The notes: a model not told the origin generated them from the letters alone. 51,270 nt of DNA from Bacteroidales bacterium (GCA_007129945.1 SKUN01000022.1:1-51270), one strand, 5' to 3'. Shown: positions 1-8,727, counted from the stretch's first letter. Translations and numbers: made by a program.

Positions 1-41
1 AAAAGCAGCTACACCGTGAATTCGTGTAACTGCTTGATTTT
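1..41 (-). terminator. Imperfect hairpin with flanking A/T runs just 3' of tRNA-Val. Possible (bidirectional) intrinsic terminator, cut by the window edge.
   Basis: AGCAGCTACAC (4-14) pairs with GTGTAACTGCT (24-34) with one mismatch and a 9-nt loop. AAAA at 1-4 gives TTTT on the minus strand, and GATTTT lies at 36-41 on the plus strand. Confidence 0.35.
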
Positions 42-45
42 GTTG

Positions 46-120
46 TGGGCGCTACTAGATTCGAACTAGTGACCCCCTGCTTGTAAGGCAGGTGCTCTGA
101 ACCAACTGAGCTAAGCGCCC
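46..120 (-). tRNA. tRNA-Val (anticodon TAC)
   Basis: The reverse complement folds by hand into a 75-nt cloverleaf. Acceptor GGGCGCT/AGCGCCC, D stem GCTC/GAGC, anticodon stem CCTGC/GCAGG with loop CTTACAA, T stem ACTAG/CTAGT with TTCGAAT loop, discriminator A. CCA is not encoded. Confidence 0.93.
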
Positions 121-134
121 TGCGATTGTGGGTG

Positions 135-164
135 CAAATTTACATCAATTTTTTTATTCCACAA
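135..164 (-). promoter_or_regulatory. Bacteroidota-type promoter for tRNA-Val (-7 box TAAATTTG, -33 TTG)
   Basis: The minus strand reads cTTGtggaataaaaaaattgatgTAAATTTG. This is an exact TAnnTTTG match at 135-142 with a TTG 19 nt upstream. The box ends 14 nt before the tRNA 5' end. Confidence 0.6.
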
Positions 165-341
165 GTTTTTTTCAATTTTTGGTGGAAAAGTTTCCCGGAG
201 AGCGACGAATGATTATTCCCTGAAATGCCCCGAAAGGGTTCACCGGAACAGGCTGTCCTGACCATATCTCTGACCCTCAACCAGCAAAATGAACACACGG
301 GGATAAACCTTGTTGTATTTTATTACAATCATAAATCCAAA

Positions 342-722
342 ATGTATCGTAAAATGAAAACAATTAACTCAATAATCACCTACCTGTTCGCCATCATATA
401 CCTGGTTTTTGCCCTGAACTATTTCCTCGGCTTTTTGCCCATGCCCGAGCTGGAAGGAGATGCCCTGCAGTACATGACATTGCTCGGCACCACCGGATAC
501 ATGACGGCCATCAAGTTCCTTGAGCTCGCCGTGGCCTTCATGCTGCTGCTGAACTTCCGCCGTCCCCTTGCCTGGCTGCTGATCCTGCCGGTAAGCACCA
601 ACATCCTGATGTACGACGTCTTTATCGTCGGCCTTCCCACACTGGGCGTGCTGATGATGGCCATGAATGTGTATATGGTGTACCGTCTGCGGGAAAACTA
701 TGCATGCATCTGGGCTAAATAA
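342..722 (+). CDS. Small multi-pass membrane protein (DoxX-like, tentative)
   Basis: The ORF track gives 225..722. The hydrophobic part starts after the ATGs at 342 and 354 (MYRKMKTINSIITYLFAIIYLVFAL...). About four hydrophobic helices and no catalytic motif recognised. The upstream 39 codons look non-coding. Confidence 0.6.
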   Translation: MYRKMKTINSIITYLFAIIYLVFALNYFLGFLPMPELEGDALQYMTLLGTTGYMTAIKFLELAVAFMLLLNFRRPLAWLLILPVSTNILMYDVFIVGLPTLGVLMMAMNVYMVYRLRENYACIWAK

Positions 723-780
723 GCAACTGCGCCCGATGCAATAACCCATACTGCAAACCAGAAACATAACCCGTATTAAA

Positions 781-1013
781 CCCCTGCAGACCGAAAATGA
801 GCGCATTCATGGGCCGAAGGGCCATGGCAGCGCGAATTTCGGTCTGCAGGGGTGATAAACCCGGTGATGCTTCCGCGAGCGCATTCACGGGCCGTAAGGG
901 CCGTGGCAGCGCGAATTTCGGTCTGCAGGGGCGATAAACCCGGTGATGCTCCGTGAGCGCATTCACGGGCCGTAAGGGCCGTGGCAGCGCGAATTTCGGT
1001 CTGCAGGGGCGAA
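781..1013. repeat. 78-bp tandem repeat, about 2.8 copies, preceded by an inverted 16-mer
   Basis: Units start at 799, 877 and 955 (GAGCGCATTCAYGGGCCG(T)AAGGGCCRTGGCAGCGCGAATTTCGGTCTGCAGGGGYGATAAACCCGGTGATGCT...). CCCCTGCAGACCGAAA at 781-796 is the reverse complement of TTTCGGTCTGCAGGGG, which is present in every unit. Confidence 0.9.
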
Positions 1014-1016
1014 ATC

Positions 1017-3053
1017 CTATTTGAGATAGCGTTCCAGCCATCCATAGAACTCATCATACCAATGCAGCGAGTTCTGCGGATTCAGTATCCAGTGGTTTTC
1101 ATCAGGATAATACACCAGGCGGGCATCCAGCCCCATATTCTTGTAAATATTGTACACCATAAATCCGTGAGCCACCGGCACCCGGTAGTCGAGTTCGCCA
1201 TGAATCACCAGCATAGGACTGGAGAAATTATGGGCAAACTGAGAAGGATTGATGGAATTGAGCTGGTCAAAATTCTCCCAGGGAGAACCGCCATACTGAT
1301 ACTTTCTGTTGGCTGAGTAGTCAGAGGCAAACTGCAGGTGCAGATCATAAACCCCTGCGTGGTTGATCAGGGCGGCAAAACGGTCGGTATGACCCGCAAT
1401 CCAGCTTACCATATATCCGCCGTAACTACCTCCGGTGGCGGCAATGCGGTCTTCATCCACCAGGCCCCGGTCGATCATGTAATCCGTAGCTTTCATGATA
1501 TCGCGGAAGGGGAGTTCACTGTGATTACCATGGATGCTTTTGACAAATTCCTGTCCAAAGCTGGTGGAGCCATGGAAGTTTGGCAGGATCACGATATAAT
1601 CTTCAGCCGCAAAAAGCTGGCTGTTCCAGCGGAAGTGGAAGGAGTCGCCAAAAATACTGTGGGGGCCGCCATGTATCATTACCACCATGGGGTACTTCTT
1701 ATTCGGGTCATAATCCGGAGGGTAATTGATGAACATCTGAATGTCCGCATCATTGGCACCTTTGTACGTCACGTTTTCAATTTCCCCCCAATGGGTGTTT
1801 TCCACGTGTTCATCATTGAATCCGGTAAGCTTCAGCGCATTGCCTGCCATGTCAGTGCGGTAAACTTCCGGGGGAGCACTCAGGTTATGATGGTTGAAGA
1901 CCAGGAAATCTCCTGCCAGGGCAGCACCGTTATTGGTTCCTCCGCGGAATATCTCCTCATGATCGGCTCCGGCCGCGGCCGGCATCCTGAAAATGGACTT
2001 CATGGCCCGGTCTGCTGCCATGAAATAAATGGATTCACCATCCTCAGACCAGAACCACTGTTCGGTGCTCAGATCGATGTGGTCGGTCAGGCGGGTGCGG
2101 TCACCGGTTTGGGTGTCATATTTGATCATGACAACCTTGTCGGCATAGAAATGGTAGATCGACTGAGCTCCATAGAGGATATAACGACCGTCGGGGCTGT
2201 ATACAGGGTCGGAATCGTTGGCAGGGTTGTCTTCGGTGATATTTGTCAGCCGGCCGGTGCCATCGGTGGGTACCAGGTAGATGGCATGGTTCAGCCTTTC
2301 ATAGGGAGGTCTGGTGGAGTTCTTGCTGACAGCAATGGTGCCTCCGTCAGGTGAAATATCATAGGATACCCCGCCCATCAGACCGAAAAAGTTGCCGTTT
2401 CCGGGCATCAGGTCTACCACTTCTTTGGATTCCAGGTCAACGGTGAACAGGCGTGACACATGGCCGTCGGTCAGCCAGCGGTCCCAGTACCGGTACATAT
2501 TGTTTTCTGTAACCTTGGCTGTAACCTTACTTTCGTCCATTTCTTTCTGCAGCTCCCGGTGTTGGTCCCAGTCGCCATTATACTCAGGCAGAATATTGGC
2601 CGCAAAAGCCAGTTTTTCTCCGTCCGGGAACCATTGCACGCCATACACCCCTACGGGCAGGTCTGTGACCTTCCGGGCTTCCCCTCCTTTTGAGAAATCA
2701 AGGATGTAAATCTGCCCGGGGCCGTCGTGACGCCGGGATACAAATGCCAGTTTATCTCCGGAAGGACTCCAGGCAGGTCCGCTGTCCTGGCCGGTGTGGG
2801 TGAGCTGACGAAGTTCGCCTGTCTCTGCATTCACCATATAAATATAGCTGGATGAGCTGTTGCCTTCGATGTCATAATCTGAGACGGTGAAAGCAGTCCA
2901 AATCCCGTCGGGGGAAACTACGGGATTTCCGGGCCGTTTCATCTCCCACATGGTTTCAGGGTTAAAGGGCTGTTTTTCCTGAGCGAAGACAGGGGTTGCC
3001 GCCAGGATCACAAGCATCGCCAATGCAAAAAATGCCAGTTTCTGTGTGTTCAT
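1017..3053 (-). CDS. Secreted S9-family serine peptidase (prolyl oligopeptidase / acylaminoacyl-peptidase type)
   Basis: 678-aa ORF with a signal peptide (MNTQKLAFFALAMLVILAATPVFAQE). It has PD40/TolB-like propeller repeats (SPDG.., SPSGDKLAF, SPDGRYILY) and a C-terminal alpha/beta-hydrolase domain with the GGSYGG nucleophile elbow. Confidence 0.88.
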   Translation of the reverse strand: MNTQKLAFFALAMLVILAATPVFAQEKQPFNPETMWEMKRPGNPVVSPDGIWTAFTVSDYDIEGNSSSSYIYMVNAETGELRQLTHTGQDSGPAWSPSGDKLAFVSRRHDGPGQIYILDFSKGGEARKVTDLPVGVYGVQWFPDGEKLAFAANILPEYNGDWDQHRELQKEMDESKVTAKVTENNMYRYWDRWLTDGHVSRLFTVDLESKEVVDLMPGNGNFFGLMGGVSYDISPDGGTIAVSKNSTRPPYERLNHAIYLVPTDGTGRLTNITEDNPANDSDPVYSPDGRYILYGAQSIYHFYADKVVMIKYDTQTGDRTRLTDHIDLSTEQWFWSEDGESIYFMAADRAMKSIFRMPAAAGADHEEIFRGGTNNGAALAGDFLVFNHHNLSAPPEVYRTDMAGNALKLTGFNDEHVENTHWGEIENVTYKGANDADIQMFINYPPDYDPNKKYPMVVMIHGGPHSIFGDSFHFRWNSQLFAAEDYIVILPNFHGSTSFGQEFVKSIHGNHSELPFRDIMKATDYMIDRGLVDEDRIAATGGSYGGYMVSWIAGHTDRFAALINHAGVYDLHLQFASDYSANRKYQYGGSPWENFDQLNSINPSQFAHNFSSPMLVIHGELDYRVPVAHGFMVYNIYKNMGLDARLVYYPDENHWILNPQNSLHWYDEFYGWLERYLK

Positions 3054-3154
3054 TTGGATGGGTTATTGGTTTATAGATATCTGTCACTGCAAAGAAACGA
3101 AATTTCCCTGATTTCCCTTTTGCGCCTGCCAACGCTCAATCCCAACTTTTTCTA

Positions 3155-3162
3155 TATTTTTG
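3155..3162 (+). promoter_or_regulatory. -7 box TATTTTTG (TAnnTTTG) for the SDR gene
   Basis: Exact consensus match with only 5 nt between the box and ATG 3168. This implies a leaderless or near-leaderless mRNA and supports the 3168 start over 3054. Confidence 0.5.
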
Positions 3163-3167
3163 TGCAT

Positions 3168-4187
3168 ATGATACTACTCACCGGAGCAACAGGCCTTGTC
3201 GGATCCCACCTGCTTTTTGAGCTGGTTTCAGGGGGTCGGAAGGTACGTGCCATGAAACGCGAAAACAGCCGGCTGGAGCTGGTCAGGGACCTTTTTTCCT
3301 GGTATGATCCGGATAAAGGAGGGGCCCTGTTCGGGCAGGTAGAATGGGTGGACGCCGACCTCAGCGATATCACCAGCCTGCAGGAAGCAGTCAGGGATAT
3401 CCGGTATGTTTATCATTGTGCAGCCACGGTGTCGTTCCAGCCCCGCGACCGGCAGGTGATGATGAAAGCCAATGTGGAGGGAACGGCCAACCTGGTGAAT
3501 GTGGCCCTGCAAAACAAAGTGGAAAAGTTTTGCCACTGCAGCAGTGTGGCCGCCCTGGGCACACCCCCGCCAGGCGAAGTGGTGCAGGAATCCCTGATCT
3601 GGAAAACATCCCGCAGCCACTCCAATTATGCCATCAGCAAATACGGCGCTGAACGCGAGGTCTGGCGGGCATCGGAGGAGGGGATGGATGTGGTGATCAT
3701 CAACCCGACGGTGATCATCGGCCCCGGCGATCCATCCAGGTCGAGTGCCCAGTTATACCAGTCAGTGAATAAAGGACTGAAATTTTATACTTCCGGCGTA
3801 AATGGCTTTGTGGATGCCCGTGATGTGGCCCGGGCCATGGTGCTGCTGATGGAGGGTGACCAGGTAAATGAACGCTTTATTGCCAACAGTGAAAACCTGC
3901 CGTTTAAGGAGCTGTTCAGTTATTTTGCCCGTGCTGCCGGGGTGGAGCCCCCGAAGTACAGTGTCGGCCGCTGGATGAGTGAGCTGGCATGGCGCCTGGA
4001 GTCGGGCAGGGCATTCCTGACGGGCAGCAAACCTTTACTGTCAAAGGAGACAGCCCGCAACGCCCATAATAAGCGTTACTTTTCCAATGAAAAAATCAGG
4101 AAAGTTATTGACATCCGGTTTCGACCCGTCAGCGATGCAGCTGAGAACACCGCCGGGTTTTTCCGGAAATATCCCGATTATCTTTAA
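3168..4187 (+). CDS. NAD(P)-dependent epimerase/dehydratase-family SDR (dihydroflavonol-4-reductase-like)
   Basis: MILLTGATGLVGSHL Rossmann motif at the N-terminus and YAISKYGAE (YxxxK) catalytic motif. The start is trimmed from the track ORF 3054..4187. Confidence 0.82.
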   Translation: MILLTGATGLVGSHLLFELVSGGRKVRAMKRENSRLELVRDLFSWYDPDKGGALFGQVEWVDADLSDITSLQEAVRDIRYVYHCAATVSFQPRDRQVMMKANVEGTANLVNVALQNKVEKFCHCSSVAALGTPPPGEVVQESLIWKTSRSHSNYAISKYGAEREVWRASEEGMDVVIINPTVIIGPGDPSRSSAQLYQSVNKGLKFYTSGVNGFVDARDVARAMVLLMEGDQVNERFIANSENLPFKELFSYFARAAGVEPPKYSVGRWMSELAWRLESGRAFLTGSKPLLSKETARNAHNKRYFSNEKIRKVIDIRFRPVSDAAENTAGFFRKYPDYL

Positions 4188-4227
4188 GGGGTGCACTTTG
4201 AAGGGCTGGCCACCTGCCGTCCGAAGC

Positions 4228-5865
4228 CTATCCCCCCAGCAACTTTCGATGACTCCGCTGGATCACATACTGGCTGATCATATAAAGCAACAGCAGGACC
4301 GACAGAAAAACAGCGAATGACCCCAGGTAGTTCCCGGTGCGGGTGAAGAAGGTGATCCTTGAATTTTCATTCAGGTCCGAAACCATGGCCCCGGATTCTC
4401 CCCAGGGTATCTCGGCCGTTATTTCCCCCCTTTGATTGATAAAGGAGGAGATGCCCGTACTGGCCGACCTGGCGATACTGCGGCGTGATTCAATGGCCCT
4501 GAGCCGGGCGTACTGGTTGTGCTGCCGGTAACCCGGGGTGTCACGCCACCATCCGTCATTGGTGACAACAAACAGCAGGGTGGCGCCCTTCTGCACGTAT
4601 CGCCCCATATACTCTCCGTAGATGGATTCGTAGCAAACGGCCGGGGCCACTGCAATGTCGTCGCTGGTTTCAAATACACTCCTGTCGTCCTGGGTTCCCA
4701 GGCTGCCGGCAATCCCGCCGAAACGGTCTACCAGTCCGCTCAACGGAGCCAAAAGGGTAAAATAGGGCATGCGCTCGATGCCCGGAACCAGTTTTGACTT
4801 GTGGTAATACTGTACGGGTCGGTCCTGTTCCACCATAATGGCCGAATTAAAGGAGTCATAATACTGACCGGTACTGCCATATGGCCTGGCTGTGGGGGAG
4901 GGTGGATCGCCCGGCGGGTATAGCCTGTAAGTGAAACTGCCCATCACCCAGCTTAGCCCGGGATGGTCACTGATATGCTCCCTCAGTTTGATAATCGTGG
5001 GATGCGATTCGTCCTGCTGCTTCCATACTCCGCGGGGGTTGGCGGCCTCCGGGGCCACCACAAAACGGGTGTCGGGAGTGATTTTGCTGTCAGCCAGCCG
5101 AATCATCTTTTCCACCCTCCGGGCTGCTTCTGCCTCTGTGGAAGCCCGGTCATACGGGTCTTCAGCCGGCTGAATGATCACCACTTCCACCGGTGCAGAA
5201 GTTTCTTCATGGTTGTGCCACATATACCACGACACAACCGACGGCAACAGGAAAATCGCAATGGCCAGCCCGGTGTACCACCTGAATTTCCTTGTGACCA
5301 GGCCATGTTCAAAATACTGCTTCAATCCGGCGAAAAGCAGCAGGTTGATACCCAGTACCCACAGGGTGCCTCCGGCTGTTCCGGTGAATTCATACCATTG
5401 CACCCAGGCCGGATAAGCGGCAAATACATTGCCAGTGTCGAGCCAGCTCCAGCTTAGTTCCCAGCGTTGGTGCAGGAACTCGAAGGCAAGCCAGAATATC
5501 ACCAGGGGTGCCGGACCCTGTTTTTCACCCAGCAATCTTCGCCCCGTATGCATCAGCCACCAGGGGATGGTCATGAAAATGGAATTCAGCAGAACGGCCA
5601 CGATCATTCCGGGGATGGTGGCAAACAAAATCCACCACGTGGTAAGCAGGTTGAAAATAAAAAAGGCCGTCCAGGCGTATACCGTAAAGCTGAGGGCGCG
5701 CTGTGTTTTTCGCTGCCTGAAAAATTCCTCCTCCAAAAAAAGCAGGGGAATGAATGCAACGAAAGAGAGAAAGGGGATCCCCCGGGCGGGCCAGCTCAGC
5801 GCCAGCAATAATCCGGTAGCCAGTGCAAGCAGCAGGCGCCTGTTTGCCGGGATGAATTTCCACAT
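4228..5865 (-). CDS. lnt: Apolipoprotein N-acyltransferase
   Basis: 545 aa. It has a multi-helix N-terminal membrane domain, then a carbon-nitrogen hydrolase domain (..VAPAVCYESIYGEY.. Cys nucleophile context), then a final hydrophobic helix. This is the typical Lnt architecture. Confidence 0.85.
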   Translation of the reverse strand: MWKFIPANRRLLLALATGLLLALSWPARGIPFLSFVAFIPLLFLEEEFFRQRKTQRALSFTVYAWTAFFIFNLLTTWWILFATIPGMIVAVLLNSIFMTIPWWLMHTGRRLLGEKQGPAPLVIFWLAFEFLHQRWELSWSWLDTGNVFAAYPAWVQWYEFTGTAGGTLWVLGINLLLFAGLKQYFEHGLVTRKFRWYTGLAIAIFLLPSVVSWYMWHNHEETSAPVEVVIIQPAEDPYDRASTEAEAARRVEKMIRLADSKITPDTRFVVAPEAANPRGVWKQQDESHPTIIKLREHISDHPGLSWVMGSFTYRLYPPGDPPSPTARPYGSTGQYYDSFNSAIMVEQDRPVQYYHKSKLVPGIERMPYFTLLAPLSGLVDRFGGIAGSLGTQDDRSVFETSDDIAVAPAVCYESIYGEYMGRYVQKGATLLFVVTNDGWWRDTPGYRQHNQYARLRAIESRRSIARSASTGISSFINQRGEITAEIPWGESGAMVSDLNENSRITFFTRTGNYLGSFAVFLSVLLLLYMISQYVIQRSHRKLLGG

Positions 5866-5905
5866 GAGCGTTGAGTTATTTTGGAGGATAAAGGTAAGGA
5901 TATTC

Positions 5906-5926
5906 GTTTAAAACAGTGTTTAAAAC
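5906..5926. promoter_or_regulatory. Candidate TetR operator: GTTTAAAAC-agt-GTTTAAAAC
   Basis: Two identical 9-mers, each containing the palindrome TTTAAA, sit 12 bp apart in the lnt/tetR divergent region. They lie immediately upstream of the tetR -7 box, in the -33 position. Confidence 0.4.
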
Positions 5927-5937
5927 CGCGGATTTAT

Positions 5938-5945
5938 TATTTTTG
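5938..5945 (+). promoter_or_regulatory. -7 box TATTTTTG for the TetR-family gene
   Basis: Exact TAnnTTTG match, 22 nt before ATG 5968. Confidence 0.5.
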
Positions 5946-5967
5946 TGTACCGCCAAACACAGGAGCT

Positions 5968-6579
5968 ATGACAAAAAGCAGGAACACAGAGCAAAAAATA
6001 TTTGATGCAGCCACCGAGCTGTTTCTGGAAAAAGGGGTTGATCGTACCAGCGTGAGAGAGATCGCGTCCAAAGCGGGCATCAACCTGGCTCTGATGAATT
6101 ACTATTTCCGAAGCAAGGAGAATTTGTTTTATGCCATTTTTACCCGGCTGGTTCAGAAAAATTCTGAGGAGTTGATCCGCATACTGGACAGTGATCTGCC
6201 CCTGAACGACAAGGTCCGGCAGTATGTGGGCGTGTACATCGACATGTTGTCCGATAACCCATTGCTTGTGTCATTTGTGATGGCGATCTTACATCGCAGC
6301 CGCGAAAGGATCACCGAAATGAAAGTGATCAGCAGTCTTTATGCCACCGAGCAGTTTACCAAACAATTGCTGGAAGAGGGAAAAAAAGGGAACATCCGGC
6401 GGACCGATCCGACCCAGTTTTTTGTGGATATGCTTTCACTGATCGCCTTTCCTTTTGCCATCCGGGCCCTTGTGATGGATAAAAACAACTTCAGTGAGGC
6501 GGATTTCCAGGAATTCATCCGGATAAGAAAGAAGCGTGTTCCGGAGATGCTCATTGACAGCCTTCGTCCGCGCAGCTGA
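5968..6579 (+). CDS. TetR/AcrR-family transcriptional regulator
   Basis: N-terminal HTH signature (..IFDAATELFLEKGVDRTSVREIASKAGINLALMNYYFRSKENLF..) and a helical C-terminal ligand domain. The start is trimmed from 5881 to the ATG downstream of the promoter box. Confidence 0.85.
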   Translation: MTKSRNTEQKIFDAATELFLEKGVDRTSVREIASKAGINLALMNYYFRSKENLFYAIFTRLVQKNSEELIRILDSDLPLNDKVRQYVGVYIDMLSDNPLLVSFVMAILHRSRERITEMKVISSLYATEQFTKQLLEEGKKGNIRRTDPTQFFVDMLSLIAFPFAIRALVMDKNNFSEADFQEFIRIRKKRVPEMLIDSLRPRS

Positions 6580-7513
6580 TATTGTCCATCAGTTTGTCAT
6601 GGCTGATCCTTGAAAGGGCAGATCCTGTCTTTTTGAGAGCGTGGTTAAATTCTTCCCTCGCGCACGATTTCCATTGATGGTCAGTCCATTCAGTAAACGG
6701 TTCCAGCGGTTCCAACTCTTTTTCATCGTGCGGACGGGCATGGCGATTATGCGGACACACTTCCTGGCAGATGTCACAGCCAAAGATCCATCCCCTGGTT
6801 TTGCCGCGATAGGGTTCAGGAATCCTGTCTCTGAGTTCTATGGTCAGGTAAGAAATACATTTGCCTGCATCAACCTTTCCGGGTGCCACGATGGCTGAAG
6901 TGGGGCAGGCATCCATGCAGCGGGTGCATTTGCCGCACAGATCCTTGCTGAAGGGGGCATCAGGTTCGGCTTCAAGACTGGTGATCACTTCACCCAGAAA
7001 ATAATAGCTGCCTTTTCGCGGCAGGATCAGGCAGGCATTTTTCCCCGTATTGCCCAACCCGGCCTCTATGGCCCATGAACGCTCCAGCACAGGGGCGGAG
7101 TCTGTAAACACACGGTGTTGGTGTTCGCCGGCCAGTTCAGTGATAAAAGCCGCCAGCGCTTTCAGTTTTTTTTTCATCACCATGTGATAATCTTTTCCAT
7201 AGGCATAGCGGGAAACCTTGTAGCCACCCGAAACGGGTTGGTGAACAGGGGGGTAATAGTTCTGGGCGACCACCACCACGGTTCTGGCGTCTTCCGACAA
7301 AAGCCGGGGGTCGAGCCTTTTGGCAAAATGATTGGCCATATATGCCATCTTCCCATGATAGCCCTTTTGGAGCCATTGATCCAGCACCGGCTTATACTCT
7401 TCCAGGGCGGTGGCACGGGCCAGGCCGCATGCGGAGAACCCGAGGGCGGAGGCCTTTGCCTTAATGGCGGAGGTGAGGGGTCGTTGGTTCTCATGATGGT
7501 TGTTGGTTCTCAT
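6551..7513 (-). CDS. queG: Epoxyqueuosine reductase
   Basis: 320 aa. It carries two ferredoxin-type clusters (CGKCTRCMDACP and CDICQEVCP) in the QueG context (..GNTGKNACLI.. / ..GWIFGCDICQEVCPHN..). The first ~10 codons lie inside a dispersed repeat, so the exact start is uncertain. Confidence 0.82.
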   Translation of the reverse strand: MRTNNHHENQRPLTSAIKAKASALGFSACGLARATALEEYKPVLDQWLQKGYHGKMAYMANHFAKRLDPRLLSEDARTVVVVAQNYYPPVHQPVSGGYKVSRYAYGKDYHMVMKKKLKALAAFITELAGEHQHRVFTDSAPVLERSWAIEAGLGNTGKNACLILPRKGSYYFLGEVITSLEAEPDAPFSKDLCGKCTRCMDACPTSAIVAPGKVDAGKCISYLTIELRDRIPEPYRGKTRGWIFGCDICQEVCPHNRHARPHDEKELEPLEPFTEWTDHQWKSCAREEFNHALKKTGSALSRISHDKLMDNISCADEGCQ

Positions 7514-7592
7514 GGGCTGTGTGGTGGTGGGGGTTGCCTATAAACGGTGGACGGGGCTGGAAGGTTGTTAGTTGTTGGTTGTTGGTTAGTCG
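7483..7592. repeat. Copy of the dispersed GTTGTTGGTTCTCATGGGC / GTTGTTGGTTAGTCG repeat family
   Basis: GTTGGTTCTCATG occurs twice (7483-7495, 7502-7514), and the exact 19-mer GTTGTTGGTTCTCATGGGC lies at 7499-7517. About 45 nt containing AAACGG follow, then GGTTGTTAGTTGTTGGTTGTTGGTTAGTCG. The region is alignable with 30924-31028 and with the reverse complement of 51161-51233. Confidence 0.8.
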
Positions 7593-8614
7593 AAGAGGGT
7601 GTTGTTGCTGCGGGTTTTGAGCCGGCCCAGGTGTTTGTAAGCGATCTCGGTGGCTTCCCTGCCTCTGGGGGTCCGCATGATGTAGCCTTCCTGTATGAGG
7701 TAGGGCTCGTACACCTCTTCGATGGTGCCGGCGTCTTCGCCCACCGAGGTGGCCACATTGCTCAGGCCGACCGGGCCTCCTTTGAATTTATCAATGATGG
7801 TCGACAGGATCTTGTTGTCCATTTCATCCAGCCCGTACTGATCTACGTTAAGGGCAGACAGGCCGTAAAGTGCGATCTCCATGTCGATGTTCCCGTTGCC
7901 CTTCATCTGGGCAAAGTCGCGCACCCTTCTCAGGAGTGCATTGGCAATACGCGGGGTGCCCCTGCTGCGGCGTGCGATCTCCCCGGCAGCTTCATCGGAA
8001 ATGTGCACTTTCAGGATGTCGGCCGAGCGCCTGATGATGCGGTGCAGCAGTTTGGCATCGTAATAATTCAGCCGGGCGTTGATGCCGAAGCGTGCCCGAA
8101 GGGGAGAGGTCAGCAATCCCGAGCGGGTGGTGGCACCGATCAGTGTAAAAGGATGCAGGGTGAGCTGCACGCTCCGGGCATTCGGACCGGTTTCGATCAT
8201 GATGTCGATGCGGAAGTCTTCCATGGCAGAATAGAGGTATTCTTCCACCACGGGGCTCAGCCGGTGGATCTCATCAATGAAAAGCACATCCCGCTCTTCC
8301 ATGTTGGTCAGCAGCCCGGCCAGATCGCCCGGTTTATCGAGCACCGGCCCTGAAGTCACTTTTATGCCTACCCCCATTTCGTTGGCGATGATGTGGGCCA
8401 GGGTGGTCTTACCCAGCCCGGGTGGCCCGTGAAGCAGCACATGGTCGAGGGCCTCGTTGCGCTGCGAGGCAGCCCCCACGAATACCTTCAGGTTCTCCAC
8501 CACTTTAAACTGCCCGGTAAAACTGGAAAAGCTTCCGGGCCGGAGGGTTTGCTCAATGATGCGTTCTTCCTTGGTCAGGCGCTCAGGAGCAGGGTCCAGG
8601 TTTTCGTTCATCAA
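7586..8614 (-). CDS. ruvB: Holliday junction branch migration ATPase RuvB
   Basis: 342 aa. Walker A motif [18 protein letters not shown] (Walker B/sensor) and the characteristic RTPRGR near the C-terminus. Confidence 0.95.
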   Translation of the reverse strand: MMNENLDPAPERLTKEERIIEQTLRPGSFSSFTGQFKVVENLKVFVGAASQRNEALDHVLLHGPPGLGKTTLAHIIANEMGVGIKVTSGPVLDKPGDLAGLLTNMEERDVLFIDEIHRLSPVVEEYLYSAMEDFRIDIMIETGPNARSVQLTLHPFTLIGATTRSGLLTSPLRARFGINARLNYYDAKLLHRIIRRSADILKVHISDEAAGEIARRSRGTPRIANALLRRVRDFAQMKGNGNIDMEIALYGLSALNVDQYGLDEMDNKILSTIIDKFKGGPVGLSNVATSVGEDAGTIEEVYEPYLIQEGYIMRTPRGREATEIAYKHLGRLKTRSNNTLFD

Positions 8615-8649
8615 TAATCGGTTAAAAAGGTGATTGCATCCTTATGATA

Positions 8650-8657
8650 CAAATGTA
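8650..8657 (-). promoter_or_regulatory. -7 box TACATTTG for ruvB
   Basis: Exact TAnnTTTG match on the minus strand, 35 nt before ATG 8614. Confidence 0.5.
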
Positions 8658-8727
8658 GTTATTTCATCGGAAAGTGTTTGCCGGGAAACACACCTTGAGT
8701 GTGCTGGTGATTATGGCGATGAATATG

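Noticed and set aside
1-722. Integrative element inserted at tRNA-Val
   Set aside because: There is no integrase, no excisionase and no direct repeat of the tRNA 3' end. The flanking genes look like ordinary chromosomal genes with the same composition.
781-1013. Possible CRISPR array (regularly spaced repeats with hairpins)
   Set aside because: The whole 78-bp unit is repeated, including what would be the spacers. There are no unique spacers and no cas genes anywhere in the window.
1338-2354. Long antisense shadow ORFs opposite well-supported genes. Examples: 1338-2354, 7547-8353, 12026-12796, 17345-18154, 19796-20656, 20723-21466, 22227-23336, 24036-24518, 28198-28914, 45869-46507.
   Set aside because: Each lies fully within, and antisense to, a gene with clear family motifs. 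Their translations are low-complexity (G/H/V/P/R-rich) with no recognisable domains. This is typical of frame -1/-2 shadows in moderately GC-rich coding DNA.
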